Assembly: GCA_039679675.1 (NCBI GenBank) | Contig: JBDKUN010000038.1 | Location: 1-31,640 of the forward strand | Direction of reading: 5' to 3' | Length of the DNA stretch: 31,640 bases | Source of the DNA: Armatimonadota bacterium | GTDB taxonomy: Bacteria > Armatimonadota > UBA5829 > DTLH01 | In this document: piece by piece, positions 1 to 9,200 of the stretch | Layout of the letters: every line of letters starts with the position of its first letter | How positions within the stretch are numbered: position 1 is the first letter of the stretch | Program-made: the position numbers and the translations under genes | Notes under the pieces: generated by a model | Databases searched by the model: none | What the model was told of the DNA's origin: nothing | Seen by the model: the letters and a program-made list of their open reading frames with translations, nothing else

Positions 1-128
1 GGACACCTAACCAGTCATTGATACTGCTGTATCTGTTGGTTTTACACTCAAACTCGAAACTCTCCCGGAAGGAGTTTTGCCTAAAACAATGCTTAATACT
101 CGTTACATCAACTGGCAAAACTCTGTAA
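1..128 (+). repeat. Dispersed non-coding element, copy 1 (may extend beyond the left edge of the window)
   Basis: Aligns without gaps to the reverse complement of 28332-28459 (106/128 identical by hand count), with an identical 33-nt core CTCAAACTCGAAACTCTCCCGGAAGGAGTTTTG at 47-79. Confidence 0.93.
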
Positions 129-193
129 CTAAAACCGGTAAGACTCCCAGTATTACTTTCTGCGCATATACGGCAGAATCTATATGTAAGACG

Positions 194-290
194 CTACAGC
201 GATAATAGCAAACCCGTCGAAAGGCGGGGACGCAAAGCTACTGGGCCTAAAGGGATCTTCCTCCCATGGTCGCCAGGCTGCCGAAAGTAG
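194..290 (+). promoter_or_regulatory. GEMM-I / c-di-GMP-I family riboswitch aptamer (A20 variant)
   Basis: GCAAACCCGTC-GAAA-GGCGGGGACGCAAAGC (P2 with GNRA loop), P3 with CCTAAA receptor-like motif and a 3' GCTGCCGAA. P1 is closed by C200G201/C282G283 and CTAC(194-197)/GTAG(287-290). It aligns position by position with the Vibrio Vc2 aptamer as recalled. Confidence 0.93.
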
Positions 291-380
291 ATTGGATGCG
301 CTTCGTCTTGAGATGCCGTAAATGCAAACGCCTCCCGGCTTCTCAAAACGGTGCGGATCTTCGGCATGCCTGGCTTTTTT
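272..380 (+). terminator. Riboswitch expression platform: long imperfect hairpin plus U6 tract
   Basis: GCCAGGC-TGCCGAA (272-285) pairs with TTCGGCATGCCTGGC (360-374), followed by TTTTTT (375-380). The inner arms TTGAGA/TCTCAA and GCCG/CGGC also pair. Confidence 0.75.
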
Positions 381-400
381 ATTGGGGGGAGGTTTCACTG

Positions 401-595
401 ATGACTATACCTGAAGCAAGGCCATACGTAGGCCGCAACTGCAACGTTATCTGGAAAGACAGACACGGTAAAGAACAGTCAATGCGGCTGAAGATAGAAA
501 ACCTGTCCTTTGTCCCGCCATATGGAGCTTATCTAATGGGAGATGTCGACGATGTTTGTCTGGATAAAGTTACATGCATACATCCGGTAGACTAA
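401..595 (+). CDS. Small hypothetical protein (64 aa) downstream of the riboswitch
   Basis: SD GGAGGT (388-393) precedes ATG 401 (MTIPEARPYVGRNC...). The longer 266 start runs through the riboswitch. A terminator follows. Confidence 0.8.
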   Translation: MTIPEARPYVGRNCNVIWKDRHGKEQSMRLKIENLSFVPPYGAYLMGDVDDVCLDKVTCIHPVD

Positions 596-679
596 ATCCT
601 GATTAAAGACTCCGTACTCCCGACTCCAGGCTTCCGGCTGAGGGCCACGGATGGCCCCGGCCGGAAGATTCTCCTTGAC

Positions 680-708
680 AAGGACGCAACGATGCGTCCT
701 TATTTTTT
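680..708 (+). terminator. Intrinsic terminator between convergent genes
   Basis: AAGGACGCA-ACGA-TGCGTCCTT followed by ATTTTTT. A second GC-rich hairpin lies just upstream at 631-667. Confidence 0.8.
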
Positions 709-714
709 GTACTA

Positions 715-1449
715 TTATTCGCCTTCGAGATGGCCGACTTTCAGCTCGATACTCGACCTGTCTTCTATGCGGTCGATCTTTCCGTCTCTAATCCAGATGA
801 TCCTGTCAGATACATCGAGCATCTTGAGGTCGTGAGTGGCCGAGATAATCGTTACGCCCTGCTCTTTGTTCAATTTACGAAGAAGGTCGATGATCTCCTT
901 GCCTGTTTTAAGGTCAAGGTTACCTGTCGGCTCATCTGCGAGGATGATCGCGGGGTCATTTGCGAATGATCTGGCAATAGCTACACGCTGCTGCTGGCCT
1001 CCTGAAAGCTCGGAAGGCTTATGATGGTATCTTTTCCCAAGTCCAACCAGATCAAGGAGTTGCATAGCCCGCTCGCTGCCTTCATGATCCGGTGTTCCTG
1101 CAAAGATCGTAGGCAGTTTCACGTTTTCAAGCGCAGTCATGACCGGGATCAGGTTGAAGGTCTGGAAGATATAGCCTATTGTACGGCATCTCAGGTAAGC
1201 AAGCTCCTGCGCGTCCAATTGGGCCATGTCAACATCATTTATGAAAACAGTGCCGGTGGTTGGCTTGTCCAACCCACCGATCATGTTGAACAAAGTCGAT
1301 TTACCTGAGCCGGACGGACCCATGATGGATATATACTCTCCGCGCTTGATGTCCAGATGCACGTTATCCAGCGCGAGAAGCGTTGTCTCTCCCATCGTGA
1401 ATTCTTTACAAAGGTCTTTCGTCCGAACTACATATTCATTGCTAGACAT
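715..1449 (-). CDS. ABC transporter ATP-binding protein (LolD/MacB-like)
   Basis: Walker A GPSGSGKS, signature LSGGQQQR, Walker B ILADEPTGNLD, H-loop ATHD. Confidence 0.96.
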   Translation of the reverse strand: MSSNEYVVRTKDLCKEFTMGETTLLALDNVHLDIKRGEYISIMGPSGSGKSTLFNMIGGLDKPTTGTVFINDVDMAQLDAQELAYLRCRTIGYIFQTFNLIPVMTALENVKLPTIFAGTPDHEGSERAMQLLDLVGLGKRYHHKPSELSGGQQQRVAIARSFANDPAIILADEPTGNLDLKTGKEIIDLLRKLNKEQGVTIISATHDLKMLDVSDRIIWIRDGKIDRIEDRSSIELKVGHLEGE

Positions 1450-1469
1450 GGCTCATTATCTCCATCAAC

Positions 1470-2765
1470 CTAAACTTCAGTCCTAAGCGCTGCTGCCGGA
1501 GGCATTTTCGCGGCTCTTATTGCAGGAGCTATTGTTGCTATTACCGTTACAAGACATCCGGCTGCTATTCCTATTCCGAATAGCTTCAACACATCCAGAA
1601 TCGCAATCTGCGTGATAATCCCGAATCCTTTTCCAATGACCGCCAGAATCAATGTCCCAAGCAGTCCAACTATCGCCCCGGCAGCAGATGCCAATCCGCC
1701 AAGCATGGCAGATTCGAATAAAAACATCTCAACGACAAACTTGTTCAGCGCACCCAGGCATTTCATGGTCCCGATTTCCCGGAACCTCTCTGTAACCGCC
1801 ATCAGCATCGCGTTTGTAATCCCGATTGTGCATACCAAAAGCGACATTATAACCAGCCACAACTGCCTGTTTGCACCAGCAGCGTCCGTAGCAAGGACTA
1901 TATCACCCGAGACCATCTTTATCTTGCCAGCAGATCTCATATCACTCAGGTCTACCGCTATTCTTCTGCCTTCTTTGTTCGTGAGCAATACATGAGATTT
2001 ATGCGCTGCTTTAGTCAGGGCATTATTTGTTTTCATCCTGTCCGCAGACATCTGAAGCACATCGGCGAGAGTCTTCGCTTTATCCCTGCCCAGGCTCTCT
2101 ATCGCCTTAGCGGGAACTGACCTGAATATCGAGTATTCCTGCTGCCTTCTCTCCAGCATGCTGACTGAAGATACTGCAGCATCTGAGGCTGTTTTAGCAT
2201 CGGATACTACAACAGTCCCACCTTTGGCGATCCGGTCGATCTCCATTTCGGGCAATCCGTTCGTCCTGAGCATCCTTGCCGTAATAAACTCGCTATCTTT
2301 CTTATTTGCGATTGACTTAAGAATCCTATCATATGCGCTTACATGGATGCGCGCTCTCTTCAATCTTGAATCAGTGGATTTGATAGTGTTCATCGCTTCT
2401 GCCAGTTTGCTCAGACTCAACATATCTTTTCCACCGGATATCCTTGCAATTACATCATCAGGCACGCCCGCAGCAGAGGCTTCTTTAACTGTGACCGGAT
2501 TCCATATTTCATAGTCTCCCGGCCCTTCGAACTCGCCATCGAGCCTTGCATACCCCGGTTGTATATCCTTCGGCGGCAACGGCCACTCCACCAGGCCTTG
2601 CGCCAACACTGAAACAAGGAACGCAATGCCCAGAAATACGCCCGAAGCCGTAACAACCGACCTGCCAAGCCGCATTTGAATATTTTTCAGGCTGATTAAA
2701 AACGCCCGGCTAACAGGCATATGGACCTGCCGCCCGATGTCACCTTTTTGCTTTTTGCCCGGCAC
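1470..2765 (-). CDS. FtsX-like ABC permease with SLBB-like extracytoplasmic domain
   Basis: N-terminal TM helix and C-terminal FtsX motif GITNAMLMAVTERFREIGTMKCLGA with three TMs. The start was moved to GTG 2765 because GGAGG lies 8 nt upstream. Confidence 0.9.
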   Translation of the reverse strand: MPGKKQKGDIGRQVHMPVSRAFLISLKNIQMRLGRSVVTASGVFLGIAFLVSVLAQGLVEWPLPPKDIQPGYARLDGEFEGPGDYEIWNPVTVKEASAAGVPDDVIARISGGKDMLSLSKLAEAMNTIKSTDSRLKRARIHVSAYDRILKSIANKKDSEFITARMLRTNGLPEMEIDRIAKGGTVVVSDAKTASDAAVSSVSMLERRQQEYSIFRSVPAKAIESLGRDKAKTLADVLQMSADRMKTNNALTKAAHKSHVLLTNKEGRRIAVDLSDMRSAGKIKMVSGDIVLATDAAGANRQLWLVIMSLLVCTIGITNAMLMAVTERFREIGTMKCLGALNKFVVEMFLFESAMLGGLASAAGAIVGLLGTLILAVIGKGFGIITQIAILDVLKLFGIGIAAGCLVTVIATIAPAIRAAKMPPAAALRTEV

Positions 2766-3177
2766 CTTTACTGCCTCCCACTGCAAGCGCAATCAGGTTT
2801 CTCTGTGCAAGCATCCTGAAAAACGCCGTAACCGATATTTCTGCTTCCCGCCTAGTCAGCTTGTGACCACGGACTACTGAATTGATTATTGTATTGAGAT
2901 CCATTTTACCGTCGCACATCTCCCAGATGCTGCCACCGATCTCGTCGAGTATTATCTGTCTATCTTTATCAGGTATTTTCATTATCCGGCTCATAAATCG
3001 AGCCATCCGGTCTTTTCTCATAGGTATGAGAAGCATGACTTCATTTTCTTCTGTCTTTTCCCATCGTACAAGCGTGTTTCTTACCGGCCTCGACGAAAGT
3101 GCTTCCTGTCGAGGCGGCGGCTGTTGATTTTTTATAAACGGTATATAACTCGCGATCTTCTGCGAAAGTCTATTCAA
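2740..3177 (-). CDS. PqqD-family / RiPP recognition element (RRE) protein
   Basis: LDEIGGSIWEMCDG...IINSVV...FFRMLAQRNLI matches the PqqD winged-helix pattern. GAGG SD precedes TTG. Confidence 0.85.
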   Translation of the reverse strand: MNRLSQKIASYIPFIKNQQPPPRQEALSSRPVRNTLVRWEKTEENEVMLLIPMRKDRMARFMSRIMKIPDKDRQIILDEIGGSIWEMCDGKMDLNTIINSVVRGHKLTRREAEISVTAFFRMLAQRNLIALAVGGSKGAGQKAKR

Positions 3178-3179
3178 AG

Positions 3180-4109
3180 CTAATCCTCATGGCAGAACAT
3201 TCTTTCACGAATGCTCTCAATCAACGCAGGGTCGTTATTGACAAGCCTTATAGAAAAAAGCCGGTTTACCTCAGGGCAGTGCCACACATAGCCAGATAAC
3301 TGTACCGGCAGCGGACGAAGCGTGATCGATTTGGCAATTGACTTCACGGAGTTGACAAGCCCCACCCTTTGCCCTGATATTCTCATAGCTGTATGACCGG
3401 GTTCTTCTACCGGTTCAAGCACTACCTTGAAACCCTTCACCTGCGATAGAGAGTCCTTCTTATACCACTCTTGAAGCGTAGATTTCTTCAAAAGGTTCTC
3501 AGCAAGCCCCCACTGCTCTATCGTGATCTCTCCCGACCGCCCTTTAAATCTCAACAGCGTATAAGCCGAAAGAAGCGTCTGTTTTTCAAGTTTAAACCCC
3601 TCCGGGACAGCCGCCCTAATTCCGAAAATCGACCATTCACGCCATCCGGGTTCACCGTGGTCTCTTATCGAGTCTACGATATCGAAAGCTCTAGATGTGC
3701 AGTTTTCTTCGCTTGGCGCAACTACCTGCGAGATGACTACACGCCCACAATCCGGGCAGTACATCAGCTTGCCGTATCCGTTACGGTCCGATTTCCACGT
3801 AAACTTCACCGGAGTTCCAGGCTCAGCATTCTTTTTTGCGTCTATCTTACTTATGAACTTCGACTTCCGCTTGCGGCTTGTTTTCTTCATTAGAGAAAGA
3901 AAATCTTTTGCGCGTCCGGTAAGATCCGGAGCGGACTTCGCTGCAGCCCACCGTATTTCAACCGATGTCGCGATAGGGCTATCCACACGCAGGTAACCTT
4001 TCTCAGAATCCCCCGAAAAAGCCGCTAACCCCCAGTCATCAGGAGTCTCCACGGTAATACCCTGCCACCCTACGGTAGTGATATTTTTGCGTTCTATATT
4101 CTTAACCAC
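3180..4109 (-). CDS. Hypothetical protein with two similar halves
   Basis: 309-aa ORF tightly packed in the operon. VGWQGITVETPDDW and WSIFGIRAAVPEGF begin two similar segments. Confidence 0.8.
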   Translation of the reverse strand: MVKNIERKNITTVGWQGITVETPDDWGLAAFSGDSEKGYLRVDSPIATSVEIRWAAAKSAPDLTGRAKDFLSLMKKTSRKRKSKFISKIDAKKNAEPGTPVKFTWKSDRNGYGKLMYCPDCGRVVISQVVAPSEENCTSRAFDIVDSIRDHGEPGWREWSIFGIRAAVPEGFKLEKQTLLSAYTLLRFKGRSGEITIEQWGLAENLLKKSTLQEWYKKDSLSQVKGFKVVLEPVEEPGHTAMRISGQRVGLVNSVKSIAKSITLRPLPVQLSGYVWHCPEVNRLFSIRLVNNDPALIESIRERMFCHED

Positions 4110-4201
4110 AATTAGAATACGAGTCGACTCATTAAGTCATTCCTATAGATTTCTGGCTGTTCTCTAAACAACCAATCATATACAACTACAGCCAAAACTC
4201 C

Positions 4202-6220
4202 CTAGAATGGCAGATATGATACGGATTTTGATATGAGAGCCATCGATATACCCAGCATCGCGCAAAGCCCCATACCGCAAGAGAACCCTGCCAGAAGAAC
4301 CGGCGCATATTGAGACCATTGAGTCGTGCCGAACCGCTTTGCGAAGTAATACCGTCCCAAAAGCGCGCCGACAAGAGCTGGAATAGTTCCATGCGGCAGT
4401 GCTCCGACCCCGAATGCCAGCCCATAGAAAAACATTAACGGAAGCTTGAAGAAAGCACATACTCCATATGTTATGAAAGCAGCTGCTCCCGCTCCGACAA
4501 TTACTTTCGGTTTCAAAGCCTCCATAAGGAAGTTATCAGCACCGGATTTGTTCGCAGTCCACCAAATTGACTCCATTGTGGCTCTCTGCGGCCAGAACCT
4601 CTGTGCAAACGGATACTGCGGCGATGGTATGGGACTCGTATGCCAGAAGAATGACCAGAAAAGGAAGCTCGCCGGTATAATCACTACGAACATCAGGATT
4701 TCAGCCTTGATAACGCTCGTAAACTTTGTCCCAGTCAATTCCACTTCGCGGAAGCGTTGTGCATATATCCCAAGATCATGGAGCGGAAGCGGCGTAAACC
4801 AGATTTTCATATCCTTATAGCCGCTCTTTATGATGGTCGCTTCTCTGAGATACGGGAAGCCGACTCCCTGGCCGGTAATACCGATCATCCTAGCGGATAC
4901 ATAAGAGTTTATAGGTGTCCAGATGATTCCGAAGAAGATTATCCAAAACATCATCCCCTTATGCCAATCGAGCATCCAACCGGACAGCAAAATATAGCAT
5001 ACAGTTGCAAAAAGCCAGGCTCCGAGCGATAGCCATATTGACCAGTCGCCCCTTCCACGCGGAATTGTCCTGCTCATCGTCGGATGATGTGCAGTTCTAC
5101 GCATCTTTGCAGCCGTACTCATAACAGTCACAAGACCGATTACCGCAACTGCAAGTCCGATTCCAACGCCTACGCTCATCCAGAAATCGAGCTGGGTTGC
5201 AATCTGAGTCGGAATAGTGCCCATCCCGTAGCGCCATTTAGGTAAAAGCCCGTTGTGATACAAAATCGGGTTTACTCCTATTTGACATACCACAGAGCTT
5301 ATGAACTGGCCGAGAATTATCGGGAACGGTAGAACAAAACCTACCATCAATGAGCCTAGATCCGTAGATATACCAGTCAGCGCAGCAGGTAGAATGCGTT
5401 CCGTGTTCGGCGTCAGGTCGAAGAACATAATCGGTATCAGCTCTAACGGTTTCGATAGGAACATACCTGTAAATATCGGGATAAACAAGTATAGAAATCC
5501 GTAGGAGATTCCAATTATTGCACCAGTTGAAAAGACATTCCATCTCCAGGACTCTTCTTTGCTTCCGGCTTCAGCCAGTGCCGTAGCACCTGCTGCTGCA
5601 ATCGGAGCCATTGGAAAAGGCAGCCGTTCGACGTCGGATGTAAGCCTGAACAGGGCGTACCCGCCGCCAATCCACATGAACCTTCCTAGTATTTGTCCTA
5701 ATACCAAAAGCCCGATAGGCAATAGCCAATCGTGATGTAGGAATGTGCGTGTAAGAAGAGCTGTTGAACCCGGTGGTGGCGCCACCCATCTTGGAATATG
5801 TCGTATTATATCAGGCTGTAGTGGTGACTGAACAAGATACTGGTCCCATATCAGAGTACCGAAAGGTCCGCCTGATATACCTTTATCAGCAAGAATTACA
5901 CTTGATAAACCGCCAGCGACATAGAACAGAATGTAAATCTCCTGCCGTTTCAGAGGGATGAACGACCGCCTTGCTACCTCTGCAAAAAGCACAATGGTCA
6001 CCCACTGGGCGGCAGCGCCCATTGAACCGCCTGCCACCAGTCCAAGGTACATTGCACCCGGAAGCATAACAAAAGCGATAAAAAGCGCACCGATAACGGT
6101 CTTTATAGTAAAACCGTCTTCGTATTTCTTCTCTTCATTATCTGTCAGCGTCGTCTCTTCTTGGCGCTGTTCGCTGTCTTTTATTGTTTCTTCGTCTGCC
6201 AATTCATCCTCACGTGACAT
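4202..6220 (-). CDS. OPT-like (oligopeptide transporter superfamily) multi-pass membrane protein
   Basis: 672 aa with many hydrophobic segments and a VERLPFPMAPIAAAGA segment resembling the OPT L.FP motif. Confidence 0.75.
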   Translation of the reverse strand: MSREDELADEETIKDSEQRQEETTLTDNEEKKYEDGFTIKTVIGALFIAFVMLPGAMYLGLVAGGSMGAAAQWVTIVLFAEVARRSFIPLKRQEIYILFYVAGGLSSVILADKGISGGPFGTLIWDQYLVQSPLQPDIIRHIPRWVAPPPGSTALLTRTFLHHDWLLPIGLLVLGQILGRFMWIGGGYALFRLTSDVERLPFPMAPIAAAGATALAEAGSKEESWRWNVFSTGAIIGISYGFLYLFIPIFTGMFLSKPLELIPIMFFDLTPNTERILPAALTGISTDLGSLMVGFVLPFPIILGQFISSVVCQIGVNPILYHNGLLPKWRYGMGTIPTQIATQLDFWMSVGVGIGLAVAVIGLVTVMSTAAKMRRTAHHPTMSRTIPRGRGDWSIWLSLGAWLFATVCYILLSGWMLDWHKGMMFWIIFFGIIWTPINSYVSARMIGITGQGVGFPYLREATIIKSGYKDMKIWFTPLPLHDLGIYAQRFREVELTGTKFTSVIKAEILMFVVIIPASFLFWSFFWHTSPIPSPQYPFAQRFWPQRATMESIWWTANKSGADNFLMEALKPKVIVGAGAAAFITYGVCAFFKLPLMFFYGLAFGVGALPHGTIPALVGALLGRYYFAKRFGTTQWSQYAPVLLAGFSCGMGLCAMLGISMALISKSVSYLPF

Positions 6221-6299
6221 CTTTGCATAACGTCATGCTGAAGTTATTTTCAGCATCCAGAATTTCACTTTATTCTCATTAGTATTGAACTAATCTCTA

Positions 6300-9200
6300 C
6301 TATACCTTTGCCTCTAAATCATTATCCGCTGTTGTACTGGCGAGATATTTCTCTCGATCCTCTTCCTTCATCGTTCTCCAGATAAGGAATTGTTTTCGAA
6401 GTGTGTTCAGGAACCTGCGGTTTACACGCTTCCAGTTGGAAACATCTCCACTTTCACGGGTGATGCTTACTTTGACTTCGTATACATCTTCCATGTCAGT
6501 AGGTATCGTCATCAACTCAACCATCTGGCTGACTCCCAGGTCAAAAGGTGCAAGCCATGTTCTTGATTTCACGCAGTAACCCTTGCCGTGTTCTGTATCA
6601 ACTGTATCCGTAGCTACACCTTCAGTCACGAAATCTCCTATGGAGTAATCTTCGTAAGCTCTGAACCACTCGGCAAGGAATCCGTTTACACCTTTTGCCT
6701 GCTCACCTGTTACAGCGAATGGAAGGGCTATCTGCCAGAGGTCTCCGACCGGATCAGGCACATGCCAACTTCGCTGTATTGCAGGTGTCGCAACCTGAGA
6801 TGCTTTTCTGGCCGGATAAATCGTCGAAGCTATTACCACGACTACGACTATCATTGTCGACCAGACCGCGGACTTCGATGAGAAGTTCAAATATAGGTTT
6901 GGAAGCCATCCTGTCATAGTAAGTATCTTGGACGCCCCTTGGCCGAGCACATATCCCGCGACGGCACCCAGAACAGCATATACAAGAGACTCTGCGATAA
7001 AGAGCACAGCTATATGACTAGGCGCGAGGCCTATTGAACTGAATATTCCAATCTCTTTGACACGCTCATATACCGACCCAAGCATGGTATTGAGCACGAT
7101 AAGAGAAGCTATAAGTATCGGGATGAAGACTGAGTTAAAGCCCTTACCCGAAGACGATCCGATTGAACTGTAGCGATATATGGAATCGCCAATCCCTGCA
7201 TAGAGGTTCAGGCCAAGTCTAGGCATCAGTTTGTCGAGCTGATACCGAACATCATCAGCAGATGCATACCCTATGGCGATAGAACGCAGGTTTCCGCCCA
7301 TGTTCATCAGCGTCTTATAAGGCACGAAGAAGCAGCAATCAGGCTCCATGTGCATATACTGGCTGAACCCTGCATCACCTGCGCCTTTTGTCTGGTTTGA
7401 CATCTTGCTCATCAGGATAAAGTCCGCAGGAGTTAATGATTCACCGTCAAGATCAGTAATTTTCTTGAATTTACTGCTGTCGATAATGCCGGTGACGGTA
7501 TACTCGATACCAGCAAAGCTCACTTTAGCCTTACCAATATCGGTTGGCTTGATTTGCAATGCTTCAGCTATCTTGGTAGGAAGGATTATATCATAAGAGT
7601 CATCCCAGTTTTTGATCTTCTTACCTGCATGGTAACCAAACCAGTCACCTGAGCTGATGGCTGACTTATTCTTGCCGTTCAAATCCAAAATGGAGGCTTC
7701 CTGAGGTGTCAGACCAACTGCAGCCTTAGCATCGAAAGACAAATTGCCGCGCTCTATCGTCAGGAACGACTGTTCTCCAAGCTGTGAGCCAAAATACCAG
7801 GCTCTAGGCGCTACAGGATACTTTTCTCCGAACTCGTCATCCATCAACTGGTATGCGATTTCCTGCAGCGGATCCCACATCGGCGTTCTGATCATAACTC
7901 CGTTATAAATATAAGCGCCATCGTCGTGTTTTGCAGGGATCTTATTAAATTTGAGAGATTGCACAACTGACGTAAAAGACAGGACTAGAAATGTAAGAAC
8001 GATCAGCGTGATGCATGTAAGAATGGTCCTTGCTTTTCTCCGCCTCATGTTCGATATTCCAAGCGAGAAAGCGGCTGCTGCAACGCTCATTCTTCCAATA
8101 TCGGCTTTGTGTAGGCCACCGACTTGCTGGTTGAACGTTTTCATCAGCGTATCAAACCTGCCGGCAACAAGAGCTATGACAAGGCTTGAAAGCGCGAGCA
8201 TGATGAATGCAAGAAGCACAATCGACGGGTTCATCGTTATCTGGAATGCCGGGTGGACTTGCCAGAAGATGAAGAACACCAATAGGAATATTATAAAGAA
8301 CCACGTGAGCTGCCAGGTGAGCTTTGTTGAACCTATCAAGAGGCGTTCTGTAAAGAAAGCGAACGGCAGCATAAGCGCCAGATAGAACAAAACTCCTTTT
8401 ACAACATCTTTTGCTGTGGCCTGAACACTCGGATAAGCTCGTATCTCATAACCCCAGGCAGCACGGCAGCATGAGTCGAATGCAGCATAATCTTTGACCT
8501 TCAGTGCCTTTTGCGCTTCTGCCATCTCCATTTTCGCCTGGTTATGAAGGGTATCAAGACCTTCATTGATAATCTTATACTTTTTCAGACGCTGGATTCT
8601 GAACTCGTCGAGGTTCCACAGGTCTTGAGTCACTTTCAGAGCGGTATTCTGGAACGTGATGCCGTTACCGACATCATAACCGTTGCCTTCAGCAGCTTCT
8701 GGTTTTGTGAAAAGAGCTCCCCGCTTATCCAACTTGGAGTTTATTAGTACAAGCCGGGTAGCTGCAGGGCCTGAGCCCATGACCATCTTCAGTCTTGCAT
8801 TTCTGCTGGAGAATATCACCGCCATATTTTCGATATGCGGGTTCTGAGGCTCCGGGACCGCCAGCGCATAACCAAATGTTCTCGGCTTGCCGTTCGTTAT
8901 CCCATCGTAAATGTCCATGGTGGAAAGAGCACAGAGCCCCTGAGGGTCGAGCAGATCGTATATGGAACTCGATACGCAATTGAACAGGATGATAGGAGTT
9001 TCTTTAACTCCAGTCGTCACTTTTATCTCAGTCGGGTAGAACTCGCCGTAAACGCCCTGGTCCGGAGCGCTTATAATATCTCCTGTTGCCGGGTCGATTT
9101 TATAAGCTCCGATCGATGTCGTTACGGGGGCATTATAAGCTGTAAGCGGAGCGACACCGGCGAACTTATACCGTCCAACCTGCTCAGGATTCTTCTTTTT

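Noticed and set aside
266..400. 109-aa ORF start at 266 and antisense ORF 180-398
   Set aside because: Both run through the riboswitch and terminator; the SD supports ATG 401.
401..595. 64-aa protein as RiPP precursor for the PqqD operon
   Set aside because: It is convergent and separately regulated, looks globular, and no modifying enzyme is present.
4121..4130. Perfect palindrome GAGTCGACTC inside the operon
   Set aside because: A single 10-bp instance with no supporting promoter or second copy.
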